64,000 nucleotides of DNA, taken from assembly GCF_037042905.1 (NCBI RefSeq), contig NC_087251.1:44766001-44830000 (forward strand). The letters run 5' to 3'. This document shows positions 13,717-26,500 of this stretch, one piece after another; the first letter of the stretch is position 1, and each line of letters opens with the position of its first letter. A program made the position numbers and the translations under genes. The stretch is from Lytechinus pictus. Taxonomy: Eukaryota. The notes below the pieces were generated by a model that saw nothing but the letters and a program-made list of their open reading frames with translations, was not told the origin of the DNA and did no database searches.

Positions 13717-15183
13717 ATGCCTGTCAACGGAAAAACCTGTTGCAGGGCCCTGCAGCGGGTCGTACCTCGGCTTATCCTCATCACCGCCTACATCTTCTAC
13801 CTCCTCTTCGGCGGCCTGGTCTTCTCCATGATCGAAGGTCCAAGGTACGACCAACTCGTAGCCGAGGAGGAGTACGACTTCGAGATGGCCAAAGACCTGC
13901 TCATCCAGGCTTACGGGAACGACACGAGCAGTATCGACGGAGATGCTGTCTTCGAGAGACTTAAGAGATTGGTCTATGCCGCGGAACACGGCGATGGTGT
14001 GATGATAGGTCAGCATAACAAGACAGTCGTGATCGGAGAGGAGTGGAGCTTTGGGAACTCCATGCTGTTTTGCATGACCAGTATCTCGACAATTGGTAAG
14101 GAAATCGATCCGATCACTATTGGATAATTATTTTAACAATGACATGTCCTCTAGTGCATGGTGATCCTTGGTCGAGTCCCATCTTTAGTCCCGATGAAAT
14201 CAATTATGATTACATTCTTCATGCTATTTGTCTAAGATACATTGGTAATAGGCCCTATACCGAGACGGGCGGGCTAATTGCTTACAGTATTATCTTAATG
14301 ATTAAAATCAGAGTCATTAAAACCACATCTTGATTAATCGATATCCATGCATTCACAACTGTGATACCAGAAATTCGGTTAAAAGGTGGTGAATTATTGT
14401 ATTTGTATTTTGTGATCTATTGCAGGATATGGTCATCTTGTCCCTCATACATTCATTGGAGGCTTCATCTGCGTCATGTACACAAGCGTCGGGATACCTC
14501 TGACAATGCTTCTGCTCGCCGACCTCGGTCGCCTGTATGCAGTAATCATCATGAAAATGTACTACAAGTGTCTGGCAATGTGTTGCAGATGCGGGAAGGA
14601 CAAAGGACAGAAGAGCAGTCAGCGCGATTCCCAAGACCCAGGAGCTGGTGGCAGCGGTGGGATGGATCCCGATGGAGAAAAGGAGAACAACCGGGAGCTA
14701 GATCTTACAGAGATCGAAGTTACCCCTGAGGAAGAGGGCGCCCTGCATAGTCCGAATGGAGCTGAGAACCACCACGTAGACGAACCCCAGATCCAGGTGA
14801 TCGGTCACAACCATCAACAGGACATCGATGCTGACGACGCATTGCTGGACGACGTCCCGATTTTCCTGCCGCCAATCGTGTTCTGGAGCTACATCATCCT
14901 CAGCGCTCCTATGTTTGCCCTCATCGAAGGTTGGTCTTTCCCTACGTCCATTTATTTCCTCTACATCTCCATCACCACCATCGGTTTCGGGGATGTTGTA
15001 CCGGAATGCTCCATAGGGCTTGTCTTTGCTTGGATGGGTCTGGTCACCACGGCGACATGCGTCGTTCTTGCGTACCGCAAGATCATCAAAGTGGCCACAT
15101 GGGTGCTAGAATTCCTGGATTCACTAGTCAGAAGAGAACGTATTCGGCAGAGGGATGCACGCTATTCTAGCATGTCGATTTAG
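13717..15183 (+). CDS. Two-pore-domain (K2P/KCNK, TWIK/TRESK-like) potassium channel, 378 aa, 2 coding exons
   Basis: Exons 13717-14095 and 14426-15183 (phase-1 GT..AG intron) rebuild P1 WSFGNSMLFCMTSISTIG|YGHLVP; P2 WSFPTSIYFLYISITTIGFGDVVP; M1 YLLFGGLVFSMIE; M2 YTSVGIPLTMLLL. An acceptor at 13667-13668 suggests an upstream 5'UTR exon. Confidence 0.93.
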
Positions 15184-15580
15184 ATACCTTGATAGCGAGT
15201 TTTTGCTGACGACGCACAACGAATTCATAACAAATAACAGCCAAGAAGCCCGTGTCGAAAATTGGCGAATCAAAACAGCAGTTTCGTCCTAATTGCAAAT
15301 TATGTCGCTGTCCAGAGTCCGGGACGAAACTGCTGTTCCGGTTCACCAGTTTTCCAGAAGACATCCCGACTGCTCTTTGTCATTATTTTGACGGGTGTTT
15401 TCCTTACATTTACAGTGTTCTTGAATGCGTCGTGCGTCCCGGTGCGAAAACACCCTATTGAAACAGTCACACGAAAACGAAACCGACTCCAAAACGACCG
15501 ATAGTATGCCATTGGTAATAACGTCATAGAATTGATCGGTCTGGAATCGGTATCGCTCGTGTGACTGTGGCATACGTGGA

Positions 15581-15771
15581 GGTGCCGTGGCCGAGTGGTC
15601 TAAGGCGCCTGGCTATACATGAAAATGTCCGGGGTTCGATCCCCGGCCGCGGCAGCTATGCCCGTGAGCAAGCTAGCATTTAATCTACAATGCTCTTTTA
15701 TCCTGCTTTCAAATACATGAAAATGCTATATGCATTTTCGGTAACTAGGTGTGAACTTGTTTAAAAAAAAA
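15581..15771 (+). mobile_element. tRNA-derived SINE
   Basis: A box TGGCCGAGTGG, B box GGTTCGATCCC, then TGCCCGTGAGCAAG body and an A-rich tail; no proper anticodon arm. Confidence 0.7.
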
Positions 15772-18211
15772 CAAGAGGCAGATGTAATGATAAGGATCCC
15801 ATTTCATAAAGACTTTTTATCACAATTTCTAATAATGAATTTACTTTCAGCCAATCAGATTGAAGGATTTCAATGCATGGTTCTTATAACTGTTATTGCA
15901 AAATTGTTATAATCTAAAAAGTTCTATGAAACGGACCCAACGTTAATTGACAAAAGTTATATTTGTCATGTAGGCCTGTACAATTAAAAAAAAATAGTCG
16001 TAATTGCGTATGGGACATCGATAAGTTTTTAAGACACTGTATTTTACTTAATTGTATTTTTTAGCATTTTTATCAAAAAAAGTTATTGTATATTTTTTAC
16101 ATGATCATATACTTGGAAAGAAAATATGATCAGAAAAGGAAGTGAATAACTATTTATAGTGCATTTAACGTAACTGTACATACGTGTATTTTGCTCTTCT
16201 GTATATAATATAAAATGAACTTCATTTTATACTTTAATGTATATATTCACTATCACTATGTCTTTAACCTTGGAAGATATGCGGCGGCATTGGAAAAGGA
16301 AACGTATAATTTTTGTTGATGCTTTAAGCCTTCATGAATACCTAATCAGCAATACGCCTATGTACAAAATATTAATTGTTACTCCAATATATATATATTT
16401 TTGTGTAAGTCCAATTATATTCTAACTGCAATTATGTAATGCAATAACTTTAACCGGTCTTGTTATTATATGTATTCAATCATAATTATGTATCACTACC
16501 GATTTACCGTTTTTATAAACCAATGTATTTTGTCAATGAATGTAAAACGATATTTTTAAACTTAGTGCTTAGTATTATAGAAACAGAGCTATTAGCTTCA
16601 TAACAGATAGTCTTAGAATTATCTTAACGTACAATTTTTGCATGGTTATTAGTTTCAGAGAAGAAGTTGCTTACTTCTATTTCCACGTAGATCAGATGTA
16701 AAGGATTGGACTGAAGGGTGCCAACATAGGATTTCAAAATATTTTTAGAATTCGTTTGTGTTTTCGCTTCCTTCCATAAAACTGCAGTTAAGAAATGCTG
16801 CTCTTGGGTAAATGTTGGATATTAAAAGAAACCGAGACGAAGTAGATAGACTCTTAACACAATTAGGCAATTGATAACTTCTGTTTCTAATTAACTTTTC
16901 AAATTGGTTTTACCAAAGTCGAAAGATATATATCACTTATTCGTAAAAAAAAAAGACAAACTCACCGCTCAAAGAAAAAATACACGAAGTTGAAATGAAT
17001 GAATCTGTGGGAAGATTCAGACGATAAGAAATAATTTCTCCTCAGTTTTTAGCATAACTATTTTTATTCAACATGATGTGCTTTTGTAAATTGAATATCA
17101 TTCACTATCCTCAAGATATCGGAACCTCATCAAAATAATTTCATAAAGAGGCGATGACTTATGATCATAACTTGAACGGATAATTTTAAGTAGACCATAG
17201 CACCATCTGAGTTTGAATATTTGGGCTTCTATATGACAGGGTTTTCATATCAAAGCTGATTTTATGAAGTTTTTACTATGTATTAGTTTTGATAGTGTTA
17301 TAATGATGTTGACTTTTTAAGCAAAATTTCGTCTCGTACTGATCATGCTTGGGGAGATAACCCCGGGAGAAAACACGACATGGATTTTACAATTGTGTAT
17401 AATCATTTACGAACCTAAATGTTTGTAAATAATTTGCACCAAAGCTATACAGGAGCTTTTATAATTGCGTTGGCATGAGATAATAAACTTTTCCTATTGG
17501 CATGGTTGAGGCCATGTTTTCTGTGTAACCCAAACACTGTGTAGAATGTGCTTTTCTTATTGAGAATATAAATAATGAAGTAGTTTACATTACAAGATTT
17601 TATTTTACCAGGTAATTAGACTCTCGTCATGTGACCGATGTTTAACTCGGGTCACGACCTCTATCGATCCCACTTTGTTTCCTAATTCCTCGATCACACA
17701 TATAGGGGCAGCGCCTCAACGGGTCAGGGGGTATATAATCACCCCCTTATAAGACTTATAAATAGTGGGAAATTGGGAAAGGAGAAAGAAGAGTAAAAGA
17801 AGAGGTATTATGTGTGCCGTGTAACCTCCCCTCTATGAATACGGAACCAATATAGGTCTAGCTTGTTTGCCTTCTCTCAAATCATCACAGTGCCCCCGGC
17901 CCCCTGCTCATTTATGTTATATTTCCCATTGTATTTCGGATTCGGCTTTAGAATTAATTTCTCATATTTATCAGTCTCTATCTACATGATCAACGCTATA
18001 TCATTTTATTTTATCAGCTTTCTTTGACGATGATCAAAAGGGTTTGGGTCGGCGTATACCTGGACTTAAGACAAATTCTGAGGAGTTATCTTTTTCAATT
18101 CTATATGATTTCTATATTATCCAAAAGATGTTCTTCTTTTGGGAACATCAAATGCAGCTGAAACAGCCAAGCGCCGCGAAAGCGTTAGGAGTAGAAGAAA
18201 GTTGCCTTTAA

Positions 18212-19355
18212 AGGGATGGTCCAGGCTGGAGATATATATCATGCAGAGTAAAATTCACAAAGCAAAGTGCTGAAAATTGTTATCAAAATCGGATAACAAA
18301 TAACGAAGTTATTGAATTTTAAAGATTTGCATTATTCCGATGAAACAGTATAGGCATTTATTAATATTCATTAGGTGGGCTGATGATGTCATATCCCAAC
18401 TTGTTCTTTTGTATTTTATCATATGAAATTAGGTTTATTTAAATATTTTCTACCAAGAACTAAAATAATTGGATTGAAAACTGAATAAGTGCATTAGTTA
18501 TTTATTGCCGCAACATATTTCATCATAATGGAGACAAATCTACACATGTATGAAAAAATTTAACATTTGTTATTTCATGTAATAACATAAGAAAAGGGAA
18601 AGTGGGGATGTGACATCGTCAGCCCACCTAATGAATATTCATTTATTTATTTATTTACAATATTTCAACAGGATACCCAATCAACATAAAAATTGCTCTC
18701 CCTTGGGGTCCTGCATATTAAAAAAACAATCACAATATATCTTGTTATACACAGTAGAATTAACATGAGAAAATGTACATACATTATGATAGAACATAAT
18801 AGTTGAAGTCAAATATAAACGAAACTATAAATAACTATTAACTACGCACATCATTAGAACGAAGGGTCTGTACATATAACATAATAATCGAAATTGACAT
18901 CGGAGATATCTACTATTGGAAAAAAGCTGCAACTGGGTTTAAAGGTTATCTTTTAAATATTTCTTAAAAATTGAGAGGGAATTTATGTTTTGAGATTCAG
19001 GTTGAAGACTATTCCATAATGAGACGGCTTGATAATGAAATGAGTGTTTGAATGATTCAATATGACATTTGGGGAAGTGTAACTTATTTTGTGAGGAACT
19101 TCTTGTACAGTGTGAGTGAATTTCTTTTCTAAAAGTAAATAGTTTGAACAGACATGTGGGAGCAATACTTTTCATACATTTGAACATTTAAATAAATTCA
19201 TGACGATGTGCATACAACTGTTTTCACAAAATATTGATAAACTTTAAAATTTGATAACTTCGTTATTTTGATTTTGATAAAATTTTTAGCATTTTGCTCT
19301 GTGAATTTGAATTGAATTTATTTAGATAAAAATATTTTCTTCCCGGACCATCCCT
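18212..19355. mobile_element. TTAA-flanked MITE (Kolobok/piggyBac-type TSD), family A, interrupted by a LINE fragment
   Basis: TTAA|AGGGATGGTCC ... GGACCATCCCT|TTAT; homologous to 25241-25821. Confidence 0.8.
18642..19195 (-). mobile_element. 3' fragment of a CR1/L2-group LINE inserted in the MITE
   Basis: ORF 18939-19187 (MFKCMKSIAP..H.HCTRSS..SFHYQAVSLWNSL) resembles the CR1/L2-group ORF2 C-terminus; (TAAA)n tail at 18642-18656; host MITE sequence resumes on both sides. Confidence 0.75.
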
Positions 19356-19407
19356 TTATGGTGTTGAGATACGTGAAATGTAGGCCTATATCAAGAACAA
19401 TGTTATT

Positions 19408-19915
19408 CAATAAGAAAGTTATGAAATTTTAAAGTTTCGCTTATATTTCACAAAACAGTGCATATGCACAACTCAGTGACATTCAAATGAGACAGTCGAT
19501 GATGTCCATCACTCACTATTTCTTTTGTTTTTTATTGTTTGAATTATACAATATTTATTTTTTTACAAATTTGACAATAGGGACCAACTTGACTGAACTA
19601 TAGTGTAATCAATGCTAATTCCACATGTTCAGGGAGGAATTAATAATTGTTTCACTTGACCATGAGGAGAAAATTAGAATATTTCATATTCCATATAATA
19701 AAATACAAAAGAAATAGTGAGTGGATGACGTCATCAGTCTCCTCATTTGCATACTGACCAGGATGTGCAGAATTGTTTTGTGAAATTATGCGAACTTTGA
19801 AATGTCATAACTTTCTTATTTTACATCCGATTTTGATGAAATTTTCAGTGTTATATGCTTGTTGGATTTTTCTCTTTTTATTCAAATTAACTTTTTGTTG
19901 CGGTGGACTTGTCCT
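19408..19915. mobile_element. TTAA MITE family B, left-truncated copy
   Basis: Homologous to 51578-52180; ends GGTGGACTTGTCCT|TTAA. Confidence 0.7.
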
Positions 19916-22900
19916 TTAAAACAAATAGTTTAGAGCTAGAAGTGTCGATACATGTTTCGGATGGCGATAGGGGGTAAAGATAATGTTCAAATTTTTTAAT
20001 TTATGAATTATAATACAGAATTTTGCACGTGTAGCACATCGAAAAATTTACAATTTCATATCTTTAATAGCATTTTTATGTCAAGTTCCAAAATATTCTT
20101 TCTGAATTCGATACCTTTACATGTAGCTGAAGAAACAATTTTACTTGTGTTCAATATTATTACTAAGAGATACCTTCCACACACACACACACACTCACAC
20201 ATGCAAGCACACTCCCTTCCCCCCCCCCCCCCACCCACATGCAAATTGACTGTGGTATGGGAATAGATCTGATCTTTTTTTTGAGTGATATATAAAATGA
20301 AATCTTTAGAAATAGTTGCCCTTTGAACCACTCGCTAGAACGCCCTTTCACATTTTCAATTTTTAAAGCAAGTCTCGAACTCATGACCAGCAATAAACAC
20401 ATACAAATTCTTATACCATTCTTTTTTTATATTTCTCTTTAATCTATGCATAGAGCACTATACAATTTTGCATACATGTACGCGTACATCACTATGTCCT
20501 ACATGAATACACAGATATAAACATGAATGAATTCAGGAAAATATTTCATTGCACGAATGTTAGTGTATATCTTAAATACATCAAAATCATTTTAAAAATG
20601 CAGTTTTCTACTTAAAATTTACAAACAATATATACAGCACAAGGGGTTAAATAAGCACATACTAATACAAACAATTTGGATCAATAAGAATAGCATAGGA
20701 GTGGGGTATCAACTCAAATTAATTTACAAGCTACTTGACTGAAAAGAAACACAAATCAAACATATTCACTTACTTATACAGTTGCCAAAGACCAATGAAA
20801 ACATTTTTAAAATGCACATTATAACAAATAATATTTCATAAGAGAACAAAAATATCATGTACATAGCATAATTTTCAAGGATATATATATGCAATGTCTG
20901 TACAAAATCTGAATAATTTCAATAATTTTTTGTTTTTTTAACTTCTAATTGGGGTGCCATCTTGTCATTGTGGTATCAACTAACAGAGGATTACAAAGTA
21001 AAATACATAAGATAAGAAAAGACACAAACCAAGAGGAAAAATCATTAGTCTGAATCGATTACAGCAGCATTTTCCCTGAGAATTATTAATATTAAATACT
21101 TAATCATAATCACTATGGTAAATATATCTGGACCCAGGTTTCACTAAACCTTTTCACCAATCAAATGACACTGTACTTAACCTGTACTGTGCCATTGACA
21201 TCAAGTTCTGTGAAACAGGTCCATGTTAATTCATCCACAGGTAATCAGCAAATACAATCAATAAAATGTTTTTACAATAAGTAACATTATCTCAAGGTGT
21301 CTGAAAAAACATATTTAGAAAGTAATGCTCTCCCTAAAATATGGTATAATGAATTTCGGTAGATATTAAGAGGAAAAGACAGAAATACTACACTTCCTGA
21401 AATATGGTATGATGATATTGGCTGAATACTATAGCTATAGAAAATGACGGAAATAGTAAACTTCCTGAAATATGGTATGATCGCTATGACGATCTTGGGT
21501 CAAAGAATGTAATGTACATCTAGGAAAACACAGGAAGTAGCAAGGCGGCTCACATGGTATATGTAGCTGCAAGGTGGTGCAGAAAAGGAAAGTTGAAAAA
21601 ATAAGATGAAGATATTGATTGATACATGTCACTACGATGGTAATTCACTTCTTTCGCACCCAAGCCTGACCTAAGGGTATATTTTGTGCAGAAATTTTGT
21701 TGTAAGCGGTTATGGTCATACAACAAATCATGCACAGCCAAAAACATGAATTAGAACTTCATTTCAATTGACCCGTCTAATATAAGTGTTATGATGATGA
21801 TGAGTTATATTGTGCATTTATCCACTAGACAAATTGCTTGAGGTGATCTATTAATAAATACCAACTTAGCCTGGCTCTCAAATATGGAACTAACAGCATT
21901 TCATGGAACCCCATCTACACCTGGGTGGAGAGTGGCGGAAGTAGAGCCACATCTTGTCAAACGACAATATTCAGTCACTGGGACTTATCAAACCATGCCT
22001 CTACAGTAATCCTAGTCACACCAACGAAATCAATTGAAGAGAGCTGTTACACTTGTTTAAGCATACCAACAGTTGGTTTGAAGTCGGTTCGTTGGTATGA
22101 CTGTCGCATAAGAAATGATGTACTTACTACATGATGATCAGTGTATGGAAAGCCAAAGGGGAGGGGGATAATATGAAACAACTACTTCACAAAGTACTGT
22201 TATCATAGGACTATAGTCATCATGCTACTGTACATATCCTAGTCTGTTTCACAAACAAGGAACATGCGTGCATCATGATTCTTTGGTAATAACACAAACA
22301 TATCACAATTGAAAAGAAACAAGCATAAAATTGAAACCGAAAATAACATTTATCCTTAACATATATGTTGTACACAATATAACCCATCCCAACCCATATA
22401 AATATGATAATTTTTCGAATTCCTTCCCCTTTTGACGCATCACCAATCAGTATGTCAAAGTGCTTTTTAAAGTTACATTAAATACTAATGCATCCTCTCC
22501 TTGAATCATATGTTTTCATAACCTAACAACCAGGTTACAAAAAATGATAGATTTTTTTAACGTAATTAAGAGAGAAAGACATTTACCTGACTGCCTGTCA
22601 AAATAATGGAAATTTCTTACAAAAATTAGCTTAAAAAAAAACAAAATATAAAATATTTGGCACAAATCAAATATGTATTTCAAAGCAATACCCATACACA
22701 AAAATTAAAGGTATCCCAATTTGACAACTGTAATCAAAGCATATTATTTTATATTGCTGGAACCCCCTCCCCCCACCTCTCTCAATACATGCAAGTGAAG
22801 ACAATGAAAAAACATTACTTCCACCATACCTTATTTAATAGCTATCCTTTGTACTTTGCAAACTCTCAAGATACTGAGAAGACTTACATATGAAATTTGA

Positions 22901-23588
22901 ACATGATTGTCATGACATAAAAAGTTAAATGTCCTAACCATACTAATCAAAATATGGACTGGTACAGGTTAATTCTCTATCATAAATAAGCATTTCAGTA
23001 TAAATATCTACCCTAGTCCATCATTATTAATTATCAATATTAAGCTTTGTACAAAGAAAATGTTTTCACGATCATTTTAGTTAACTCTTGCATGATGTTA
23101 TACTGAATTAATTAAATTGAACACAACATATACAATCTGTACACTTTGTACAATATAACTACAAAGTTCACTGTATACAAACAACTAACATTCAGCCATA
23201 AACAATCTACCTTTTAGAAAACTATATCAAAATGTCTCAAAAGTAATTTCACTTTTAGAGCCCCAGTCCTGCCCCCCCCCCATATCCCATCCTCAATCCA
23301 CTGGATTATATTTACTGTTTTAACGACAGTACAATGATAAATAAAGTTATTCTTGCATTTGGGTTGTGACACAAAGCATAACTTATGAAAACATTTATAT
23401 TCTTAAAGATAGATTTGTTCAAGTTTGGGCACCTCATATTTTTTGTTCACAACTACAAAGGAGAACCCATTGATGATTCACTTATTTCCCAGAAAAGGAA
23501 GAAAAATATCAAATATTTTCTCAATGTCCAGGAGCATTTATAAATTTTACAATCAAGGTTTTCTTTTACTAATGAGGTAATTAATATT

Positions 23589-26500
23589 TTAGTAGACTTC
23601 TGTACGGACAACCTTCTTCCTGGTTGGTGACAGAGACCGCGTCCCTGACCTGTTCATCCTGGTGTTGCCTAGGAGAGCTGATGCCTCTTGGTAACCCTGT
23701 TTGAACCCCCTCTCCATCTCTGTCAGGGTATTCTCCACCCCGAGGCTGGTGATGGCGTGCGAATGGTGGGCCTGGATGACCTTCTCCAGCCTGGCGATGA
23801 TCTCGTAGTCGGGTACGGCCAGGACGCCCACGTCCATGCCCAGCATCCTGCCGATGACCTGTCGGAAGTCGGTCAGCTGCTGCTCTCGCCGTTGGAGATC
23901 AGCCAGCAGCACCTTGGAGGTGTGGAGCTCCTCCGACATGGAACCCATTGATTGCTCAGAGCGGGCTTTGGTCTCGTTGGCCTCGTGCTCCGTGAAGTCC
24001 AATTCCTGCTTCATCCCAGCCAGCTTGCGGGCCTGTTTCTCCTTGATCTTCTCCAGCTTCTCTACAACCTTCTGCAGATCTTCTATTGTGGCATGCTGAT
24101 GCATTGAAGAGAGCTAGAAGATGAGAAGAGAAAAATGCAAAATACTATTATGATGTGGACATTTTTGGGTTTGTGTCTGACTGTCCTACTGTTTGTCCTT
24201 TTTTTCTCTGTAATCTGCTACCAAATCACCTTGGGGCAGGAAATCCCAATTTGCTATCAGAATCAAATTTAACATTTACTGATGGAGATGTATTTCGCAT
24301 TTGACAACCCATAAAGTCAAAGTATAGATTTTAATGAACTACAGTTCATAATACTGATCAACAGAAGAAAAAAAAAAATACATTAGATTTTTTTTTTTTC
24401 AATTGAGATTTGAGAACAAACTTATCTCACCCAAACTCAAACTCACCTTAATGTTGCTGACATCCATCATCTCTGCCTTGAGTTCCACCACCATCTTCTT
24501 GGCCCGAGCGAGCTCGGCGCGGAGCCTGTCGTTCTCCTTGCCGAGCTTCTTATAGCTCCATTCCATCTCGTCCTTGTCCTTCTGGAGATTGGAGCGTCCC
24601 ATCACCCCTTCCTCCAGGTTGGCTACCTTCTTCCTCATCAGATCCAGGTGGAGGTCTTTGCTCTCCAGTTGCTGCTTCAGGGTCTTGACCTGATGAAGGC
24701 AAGGACAGAGATGAGAAAAAGGTTACCTCTAATGTAAATGTTAACCGGTGTGTTGGCTCAGTCGGTAGAGCGTCAATCTCACAACCGGAAGGTCGGTGGT
24801 TCAAACCCCGGCCGCATCAGACCGAAAGAAAGACAGATAAAGATGGGAGTTGCTGCTACCCTGATTGGCGTTCAACATTTAAGGGATAGAGCCTCGTCGA
24901 TCTGGCACTGTACAGTGGCTGCCGGGCCCACGATCATTTAGGAAAAATGAATTTTCTGAATATTTCTATTCTCAGATTGCTATTTCGAACAATAGAATGA
25001 ATTTTTCATTTTCATTTTAATCTAATTATCAAATGTAGCAATCATATCATGATGTTAAAGGTTACAGATACTGGCATATCAAGGACTTACACCTTTTCTA
25101 GTCAAAGAATAATTGAATAAAATCAGTTTAACTAGCTTTGACTTTAACATTAGATGAAACTGAATTATTCACTATAATCAAGCACTGAATACTGCTGGAA
25201 GGTGATCTTAGCAGTAAACTATTCCTGTTACATTCCTTAAAGGGATAGTCCGGGCTGAAAATATTTATATCTTAATACATAGAGTAGAATTCACTGAGCA
25301 AAATGCCGAAAATTTCATCAAAATCGGATAACAAGTAATAAAATTATTGAAGTTTAAAGTTTAGCACTATTTTGCAAAAACAGTCGTCATGAATATTCAT
25401 TAGGTGGGCTGATGATGTAACATCTCCACTACCTGTTTTCTTATGTTTTAACATAAAATCATAATTTTTTCATTATTTCATACTTGTGTGAATAATATGT
25501 TTCCCTTATAATGAAATAAGTTGCAGCATTAAATATCTAATGCACTAAATCAGTTGTCAATCCAATTTTCTAGTTCTTGGAGGAAAAAATTTAAATAAAC
25601 CTAATTTTATATAATAAAATACAAAAGAACAAGTGGAGATGTGACATCATCAACCCACCTAATGAATATTCATGACGACTGTTTTCACAAAATATTGCTA
25701 AACTTTAAAATTCAATAACTTTGTTATTTGTTATCCGATTTCGATGAAATTTTCTACATTTTGCTCAGTGAATTCTACTCTACTTATTAAGCTAAAAATA
25801 ATTTCAGCCCGGACCATCCCTTTAACATATGAGCACACATGATTAATCAACATGATCCCTACTACTGCATACATACCATCACCCCCCTCCTGCTACATAA
25901 AAGATGAATTTTTATCATTGTTAAACAGTTGTAAGTAACAAGGCAAGAAAAACCTTGTTTGGTCTCGTGTTCAAGCCCTTACCTTTCGTTGGAGTGCATA
26001 AACGTGCGTATTCTTGTCAGCAAGGACACCGCCCTCTCTAGATGCCAGTTGCTCAGCCCGAGCGAGGAGAGCCTCTCCATTCATGTCGAAGCCTACATCC
26101 TTACAGACACCATCCATGTTCATGACATTGGCGAGCTTCTCCAGGAATGCCATGTACTGAAGGATAAAAACAGAATATAGCATTATAATTTGTTATCGTA
26201 ATGAATCTAATTGAGATATGGTTTACAAAGCTAGGAATTGTTTTCTTATCAAAGAATAATTCAAACACAGAGAATTCCAAGATTATTTACAAAATAATTT
26301 CAATGAAATCATTAAAAAAAAGAAGGGTGGTTGTGTGTTGGTTTATTGAGCCGTGTCTTTTCTTTAAACAAAATCCGCATGCCAACCCACTAGTTAAAGG
26401 GATTCTCATGTCACTGCAAATTTCTGGGGTCACAGACAGGTAGAATATATCCCTTAATCTGCATGAAAATAAGATAACCTCACTAACTTTCTTCTTAAAT

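Noticed and set aside
15184..15573. GC-richer stretch with several ORFs after the K2P stop
   Set aside because: No recognisable protein or splice support; a second in-frame stop follows within 3 codons, which argues against readthrough. Treated as 3'UTR.
23688..24099. Antisense ORFs over CCDC170 and K2P exons (e.g. 29488-29847, 13690-14016, 63473-63850)
   Set aside because: Shadow ORFs of real exons on the opposite strand.
24744..24816. Possible tRNA-Val(CAC) gene, and a tRNA-like sequence at 15581
   Set aside because: Acceptor/anticodon stems do not pair properly and both continue into SINE-like bodies.
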